From NCBI GenBank assembly GCA_039630055.1, contig JBCNVN010000032.1:1-12627 (forward strand): a DNA stretch of 12,627 nucleotides, read 5' to 3'. The notes under the pieces were generated by a model. It did no database searches, was not told the DNA's origin, and saw nothing but the letters and a program-made list of their open reading frames with translations. Made by a program: the position numbers and the translations under genes. Positions 7,827 to 12,627 of the stretch are shown one piece after another (the first letter of the stretch is position 1; the number at the start of each line of letters is the position of its first letter). This stretch comes from Candidatus Caldarchaeales archaeon. GTDB taxonomy: Archaea; Thermoproteota; Nitrososphaeria_A; Caldarchaeales; Wolframiiraptoraceae.

Positions 7827-7988
7827 ATGCCGAGCCATGGGTCTATAACGAAGGCTGGAAAGGTTAGGTCTCAGACACCTAAGATAGAAGCAAAACCTAG
7901 AAAGGGAATAATACCTAGAATAAGAAATAGGTATAATTTTGTGAAGAGGGTTCTACAGGTTTCTTCTCAGACCTCTGAGAAGATCTAG
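7827..7988 (+). CDS. rps30e: 30S ribosomal protein S30e (53 aa; absent from the ORF track)
   Basis: Manual translation MPSHGSITKAGKVRSQTPKIEAKPRKGIIPRIRNRYNFVKRVLQVSSQTSEKI* carries the S30e signature HGS.TKAGKVRSQTPK. Confidence 0.96.
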   Translation: MPSHGSITKAGKVRSQTPKIEAKPRKGIIPRIRNRYNFVKRVLQVSSQTSEKI

Positions 7989-8004
7989 AGAATGTATCAC
8001 ATGT

Positions 8005-8955
8005 TTACATTAACAGGTATAGGATAGCTTTACTTGTATGTAGTCTATTCTCTGCTTGATCCCATACGAGCGAGTAACTTGAATCGATTACATCATCTGT
8101 AACCTCTTCTCCTCTATGGGCTGGTAGAGGATGCATAAAGACGACTCCAGGTTTAGCTTTTTCAACTAATCTACTATTGACCTGGTACTTAGGATAGAAT
8201 ACCGATAACCTCTTCTCTCTCTCCTCCTCCTGACCCATGCTGACAAATACATCGGTCATTATAACATCGGCATCGACTACTGCTTCTTCAGGCTCTCTAA
8301 AGATCTTGATTGTCGAATTGGATCGAGCAGAATTCATCTTGGCCCATTCAAGATATCTTGGATGGGGCTCGTATCCAGCCGGTGTGGCCACGTTTACATT
8401 TATCCCAAGCTTAGAAGCTCCTATCAGTAGAGAATTGCATACATTATTCCCATCTCCTATCCATGATATTGTTAAGCCTCTAAGCTTCTTGAACTTCTCC
8501 CATATTGTATAAAGATCTGCTATAGTCTGTAATGGATGATTTATATCGGATAGACCATTCACAACTGGGACGCTGGCATATCTCGCCAACTCTTCTAGAG
8601 TCTCATACTTGTACACCCTGGCCATGATTAGATCAACATAGCGGGAGAGGACTCTAGCTGTATCCGCTATACTTTCCCCCCTACCCAGCTGTAGCTCGCT
8701 TCTAGTTAGATAGAGTGCTCTTCCACCTAATTCTTCTACTGCCACCTCGAAAGAGACTCTAGTTCTAGTAGATGGCTTCTCAAAGATCATGGCCACACTT
8801 TTTCCTCTAAGCTTCCTAACTTTAGCCCCCCTCTTAAAGATACTAGTAGTCTTCAAGATCTTCCATATCTCCTCAGATGAGAAGTCTTGAAGTTCCAAGA
8901 AATCTCTACCTTTCAGGCTGACCTTCCCCGATCTATACCCAATCTCTGAACCCAT
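8005..8955 (-). CDS. argF: Ornithine carbamoyltransferase
   Basis: FEKPSTRTRVSF (carbamoyl-phosphate site), GESIADTARVLSRY, HPLQ, GDGNNV, D.FVSMGQE (SMG loop) and DQAENRLH. It has HPLP in place of the canonical HCLP. Confidence 0.92.
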   Translation of the reverse strand: MGSEIGYRSGKVSLKGRDFLELQDFSSEEIWKILKTTSIFKRGAKVRKLRGKSVAMIFEKPSTRTRVSFEVAVEELGGRALYLTRSELQLGRGESIADTARVLSRYVDLIMARVYKYETLEELARYASVPVVNGLSDINHPLQTIADLYTIWEKFKKLRGLTISWIGDGNNVCNSLLIGASKLGINVNVATPAGYEPHPRYLEWAKMNSARSNSTIKIFREPEEAVVDADVIMTDVFVSMGQEEEREKRLSVFYPKYQVNSRLVEKAKPGVVFMHPLPAHRGEEVTDDVIDSSYSLVWDQAENRLHTSKAILYLLM

Positions 8956-9003
8956 AGATATAGGAGCGTAACAGTCGGATATTAGCTTAACCTAGAGGAG
9001 AGA

Positions 9004-9720
9004 TTATTCTACAGCGATCTTGACAGGAAGATCTACGTCATCAAGAACTACGGAGCCATCACCTCTCAAATACATCTTAATAGATTTAATCAAAACATTT
9101 AGGTGAAGAGATTGATTAAGAACTTCTATCAGTCTTGGATCTACTTTAAAGTTTGGTTTAAAATAGGTTGCGAGAGGATGTGCAGCGATAAAAACAAGCG
9201 CAGTATTCTTTCCACTAGATCTCAGCGTATTCAAGGTCTTGATATGCTTTAGTCCTCGAACCGATACCGTATCTGGATACATGGCCGCACCATCTTCAGA
9301 GAGATATACAGCTGATTTAAGCTCGAGGATCATCTCATCTCTACCATCATATAATAGATAATCAAATCTCGACCCATATATCATAAAATCCCTCTTCTTT
9401 ACTCGATATCTTTCCAGCCAAGGGATTAATCCTCTATCTAATGCTATCTCAAACATTTTCGCTTGAAGGATCGTATCTATCAATGCTGCAGACTCTCCCA
9501 ACCATACTCCGACCACTCTACCGGAAACCTTCCTACCTCTAAATCTAATGTAAAGTATCTCAGCCCCAGGATACATTAAATCTTCTAACCTACCGGTATT
9601 GGTTAAATGTAATCTAACAACCTCCTCATCAATTTTAGCTAAAACAGTTACTCTACTATCTCTCCTCAATACCTTGGCATGGTAAAATTCTAGCCGTGCT
9701 AGAACATTCTCCCGACTCAG
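9004..9720 (-). CDS. sfsA: SfsA family (sugar fermentation stimulation protein A) PD-(D/E)xK nuclease-fold protein; start uncertain (CTG 9720 vs TTG 9669)
   Basis: HLTNTGRL, SRFDY, ELKS and YPD..S.RG.KH motifs. The frame stays open upstream of 9669 (LSRENVLARLEFYHAKVLRR) as far as TAG at 9780-9778. Confidence 0.85.
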   Translation of the reverse strand: MSRENVLARLEFYHAKVLRRDSRVTVLAKIDEEVVRLHLTNTGRLEDLMYPGAEILYIRFRGRKVSGRVVGVWLGESAALIDTILQAKMFEIALDRGLIPWLERYRVKKRDFMIYGSRFDYLLYDGRDEMILELKSAVYLSEDGAAMYPDTVSVRGLKHIKTLNTLRSSGKNTALVFIAAHPLATYFKPNFKVDPRLIEVLNQSLHLNVLIKSIKMYLRGDGSVVLDDVDLPVKIAVE

Positions 9721-10094
9721 ACCATCATCCTCCTGGTTGGAAGCCAGTATAAACCTCCAATCATCCAGCTCTCTAGACTATCCATGTAAAGTTATCTTAT
9801 AGATTTATGTTCTACGACCCTTACACGCTCTTCGACTAGTCTACTTGAAGCCTCGTGGCTTATGATGCTCGACCATTATAAGCCTCTCAAAAAAATCTAA
9901 CTTCAAAATAATATGATAGATCTAGATTTTAATCCATTAACTCGCTCTCGACTCATCGATCTACTCATAGCTTAATTCATCTTAAATCCAGAGATAGATA
10001 ACGTTCTCTCATATGCTTTAGATATTCTAATTATTTCAGAGACTTCCTTATCTTGCTCTTTCAGATCTCTAACTAACATTCTCGAGAATCTTGA

Positions 10095-11264
10095 CTAGGA
10101 CTTCATACTTATTATTTTCTTTAATTTGAGTCCTGATGGAACTATGGCTCTTAGATAGACATCCTCTACAACCCCTCTGTTTTCTGTAGGGTTATAAAAT
10201 GCCTCGACTAATCTATCATAATCTAATTTCTCTACAATCTCGTTTCCTATTGTGAGAGCATTCATAGAATTAACTATGGCTATCTCTATAGGTATTCTTT
10301 CAGGGTTTATATCGAAACCGAAGTATCCATCGTAATTATACATCTTTAGAACAAATAAAGCTGAGATGGTCTCATTCCAGGCTAGTACTCCAACATCTAG
10401 GTCCTGGTCATAGTTGCCTACCGGTTGACTATTCCAATGTGTGTGGAACAGCCTTCCTTCTCTGAGAATAGATGCTAAAGCTAGGGAAAGCTCCTCTGAA
10501 CCCATGAGAATGTGGCCTACTTCAGGATTTAGACCGACCAATCTATAACCTTGTTCAAGATATCTTCTGTTCTCTGGATTTTTTAATCTTCTCTCAATAT
10601 AATTTGCTAGTAGTAAGCCGTTGGCTGTAGTTCTGTAGAGAGTGTTACCTCTAGGTTCATATGGCTTAGGCTCCACGGCCACCTGAATACCCGGGACCTC
10701 ATCTATCGCCTCAACTAGACCAGACTCATACCTCTCCCAGAGATAATAGAAATTAACTCCAAGTGGATTTTCATAACCATCCATAGCGCCGACCCATATG
10801 ACTACTACATCGGCGTTAACCTCCTTCGCCAACCTCAAAGCCTCCTTCGTTCTCTCGATCGCATATCTTCTCACTTCTTCTATAAGGCTGGATATGGATC
10901 CGAACTCAAACCTTTTCTCGTAATGTAGATTTGGTGAGACCATCACTACCCCAATTCCTGTCTCTTTCTCTAAGTTCTTATACAAGTGGATATTGTCCCA
11001 GTTTATCTCATTAGGATAGTGAGCCTCCAATCTAAATGTTCTATCTATTTACTCTTGGTCGTACATCCATGCAACCTTATTCAATATATCTTCTATTGTT
11101 CCTGTGCCTAGGTATGGTTCATGGAATCTCCCTGGTCCAGGATAGAAACACCATACTCCGGTGGAGAATTTTAATTGTAATCTATGGGTTTTCAAATGTT
11201 TTAACAAATCTTCCTTACTCTCATATTAAACTAACTGTTTACGTGTATCACGTATGATACTCTA
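10095..11264 (-). pseudogene. Xylose/glucose isomerase-family TIM-barrel gene with two in-frame TAA stops and no intact start codon
   Basis: The core has EAHYP, VIW, EPKPYEP, NPEVGH, HWN, DQDL and GFD motifs. The same frame upstream of TTG 11030 reads SIIRDTRKQLV*YESKEDLLKHLKTHRLQLKFSTGVWCFYPGPGRFHEPYLGTGTIEDILNKVAWMYDQE*IDRTFRLEAHY, with stops at 11228-11226 and 11051-11049. Confidence 0.8.
11245..11260. promoter_or_regulatory. Inverted repeat GTATCA-N4-TGATAC, candidate sugar-regulator operator
   Basis: Perfect 6-bp arms, located just downstream of the inferred start of the isomerase gene. Confidence 0.3.
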
Positions 11265-11287
11265 TACAGTGTAGTCGTATATAGACT

Positions 11288-11295
11288 TTTATAAA
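11288..11295 (-). promoter_or_regulatory. Putative BRE/TATA for the isomerase gene
   Basis: TTTATAAA preceded on the minus strand by purine-rich AAGAAAAG, ~24 nt upstream of the inferred gene start at 11264. Confidence 0.5.
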
Positions 11296-11444
11296 CTTTT
11301 CTTAAATAATAAAATATCTCGTACCGAATCTATCTTCGGAGCTGGATGATCTAATTGTTTCGGCTCGTGAAGATATTATTAATGTCTAGGATGATCGAGT
11401 AAAAATAATTAAAGAAGTATTTGAAAGTATCTATCTTGGTAACG

Positions 11445-12407
11445 ATGATATTTGCGATCGGAGAGGTTCTGATAGATTTTATAGCGGTTGAAGACGCTGA
11501 TCTGAAATATGTGAGAGTTTTTGAAAAACATGCTGGTGGGGCTCCTGCCAATATGGTTGTAGGGTTAAGGAGGCTCAATATCCCTGCTGGATTGATTAGT
11601 AAGGTTGGAGAGGATGCTCTAGGAGAATTCTTGTTGGAAGAGCTCAAGAAGGAGGATGTTGATATAAGATACGTGAAAACAGATTATGAGTATCCTACTG
11701 GAGTAGTCTTCGTTCAGTTGAGAAGAGGAAAGCCTAGCTTCTTATTATATGATAAAGTTGCCTATTTTAATTTAAAAATAGAAGATGTCGATTTCGAGAT
11801 TATTAAGAAAGCTGAGCTAATCCATTTCGGTGGCGTCCTCCTCTCACGGGAGCCGAGTAGGACTACGACACTCAAGATCGCAGAGTGGGCTAGAGGGCAA
11901 AAAATACCTGTAAGTTTCGATGTGAATATTAGGCTCCACCTATGGAAGAGTATGGAAGATTTAGTAAAGACGATGAGATATGCTTTTGAGCTATCAAGTA
12001 TTGTTAAGCTAGGTGAAGATGAGTTAGAACTCCTTATAAAGAACGGTGCAGATCCTAGAGATAGCAATGCTGAGATTATAGCTATCACGAAAGGTAATGA
12101 AGGCTCTACAATAATTCATAGAGATAGAAAGGTGGATGTGCCTCCATATAGAGTAGAGGTTGTAGATACAACAGGTGCTGGAGATGCATATATGGCCGCT
12201 TTAATAGCCTCACTCTACTCTATGAATAAACTTAAAAATATTAGGTTAGAGGAAGATGAGATAAAGCTTGTAGGAAGTTTCTCTAATCTTGTAGCAGCCA
12301 TCTCAACGACCAAGAGAGGTGCATGGAGTACTCCGAGAATATATGAGCTAAAAGACCATCCTGAGATTAGTCCAATAGTTGAAAGATTAATATCTTTAAG
12401 AGTTTAA
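11445..12407 (+). CDS. PfkB/ribokinase-family carbohydrate kinase, fructokinase-like; likely start ATG 11445
   Basis: IGEVLIDF, AGGAPAN, KVGEDALG, FDVNIR..LW, ITKG..GS and the PfkB signature VDTTGAGDAY. Divergent from the sugar isomerase gene. Confidence 0.9.
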   Translation: MIFAIGEVLIDFIAVEDADLKYVRVFEKHAGGAPANMVVGLRRLNIPAGLISKVGEDALGEFLLEELKKEDVDIRYVKTDYEYPTGVVFVQLRRGKPSFLLYDKVAYFNLKIEDVDFEIIKKAELIHFGGVLLSREPSRTTTLKIAEWARGQKIPVSFDVNIRLHLWKSMEDLVKTMRYAFELSSIVKLGEDELELLIKNGADPRDSNAEIIAITKGNEGSTIIHRDRKVDVPPYRVEVVDTTGAGDAYMAALIASLYSMNKLKNIRLEEDEIKLVGSFSNLVAAISTTKRGAWSTPRIYELKDHPEISPIVERLISLRV

Positions 12408-12627
12408 CCAACTTCCTCGCGTAACCTAAACAATTATATAGAATGTTCATAAAAATATCAGCTAGTTCAGACTATAGATTTTCCTTATGTCCAAGATTAG
12501 TTTCAATTTTCAAAGATTAGAAGTTATATAATTTTGAGAAGTTTAAACATAGGTGTGAAGGAGTGGTAAGATGATGAGACTGATGTTAATGCATATGCAT
12601 GTGAACCAATAGAATAAGAAGCTTTCT

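Noticed and set aside
8237-8512. 91-aa plus-strand ORF
   Set aside because: Antisense shadow of argF.
11049-11228. Stop-codon recoding (Sec/Pyl) as an explanation for the isomerase's in-frame stops
   Set aside because: Both internal stops are TAA, not TGA or TAG, and TAA terminates other genes in this window.
11036-11257. 73-aa hydrophobic plus-strand ORF
   Set aside because: It lies exactly antisense to the interrupted N-terminal part of the isomerase, which explains the region.
9760-11350. 12-bp inverted repeat ATCATCCAGCTC (9760-9771) / GAGCTGGATGAT (11339-11350) bracketing the isomerase
   Set aside because: Several 12-bp inverted matches are expected by chance in 12.6 kb; I see no target-site duplication or transposase.
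11351-12088. Minus-strand ORFs 11351-11647 and 11762-12088
   Set aside because: Antisense shadows of the PfkB kinase.
12571-12627. ATGATGAGACTGA C/D-like stretch, ATGCATATGCAT palindrome (12589-12600) and a 13-codon ORF
   Set aside because: The boxes are too close together for a guide RNA, 12-bp palindromes are expected by chance at this window size, and the region is cut by the window edge.

Overview
AT-rich archaeal chromosomal window. An S30e gene, nop5/flpA and rpoE'/spt4 point to a non-euryarchaeal (TACK-like) lineage. It is mostly housekeeping: RimI/Ard1-type acetyltransferase, flavin reductase-like protein, ZIP transporter, rpoE'-spt4-DUF359, an orphan GltD/SudA/NfnB-like Fe-S flavoprotein, nop5-flpA, rps30e (missed by the ORF track), argF, sfsA, a xylose/glucose-isomerase-family gene that appears pseudogenised, and a divergent PfkB-family sugar kinase. 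I found no mobile element, CRISPR array or clearly novel multi-gene system. The most promising signals are: (1) an unidentified GC-rich structured element at the left edge, directly behind a truncated Mth938-like gene; (2) a box C/D-like (K-turn) motif spanning exactly the nop5-fibrillarin spacer; (3) a His at the usual Glu/Gln Fe-S ligand position plus an N-terminal extension in the GltD-like protein; (4) a probable CTG start or frameshift in sfsA; (5) HPLP instead of HCLP in the OTCase. All homology calls come from motif recognition by eye, not from database searches.
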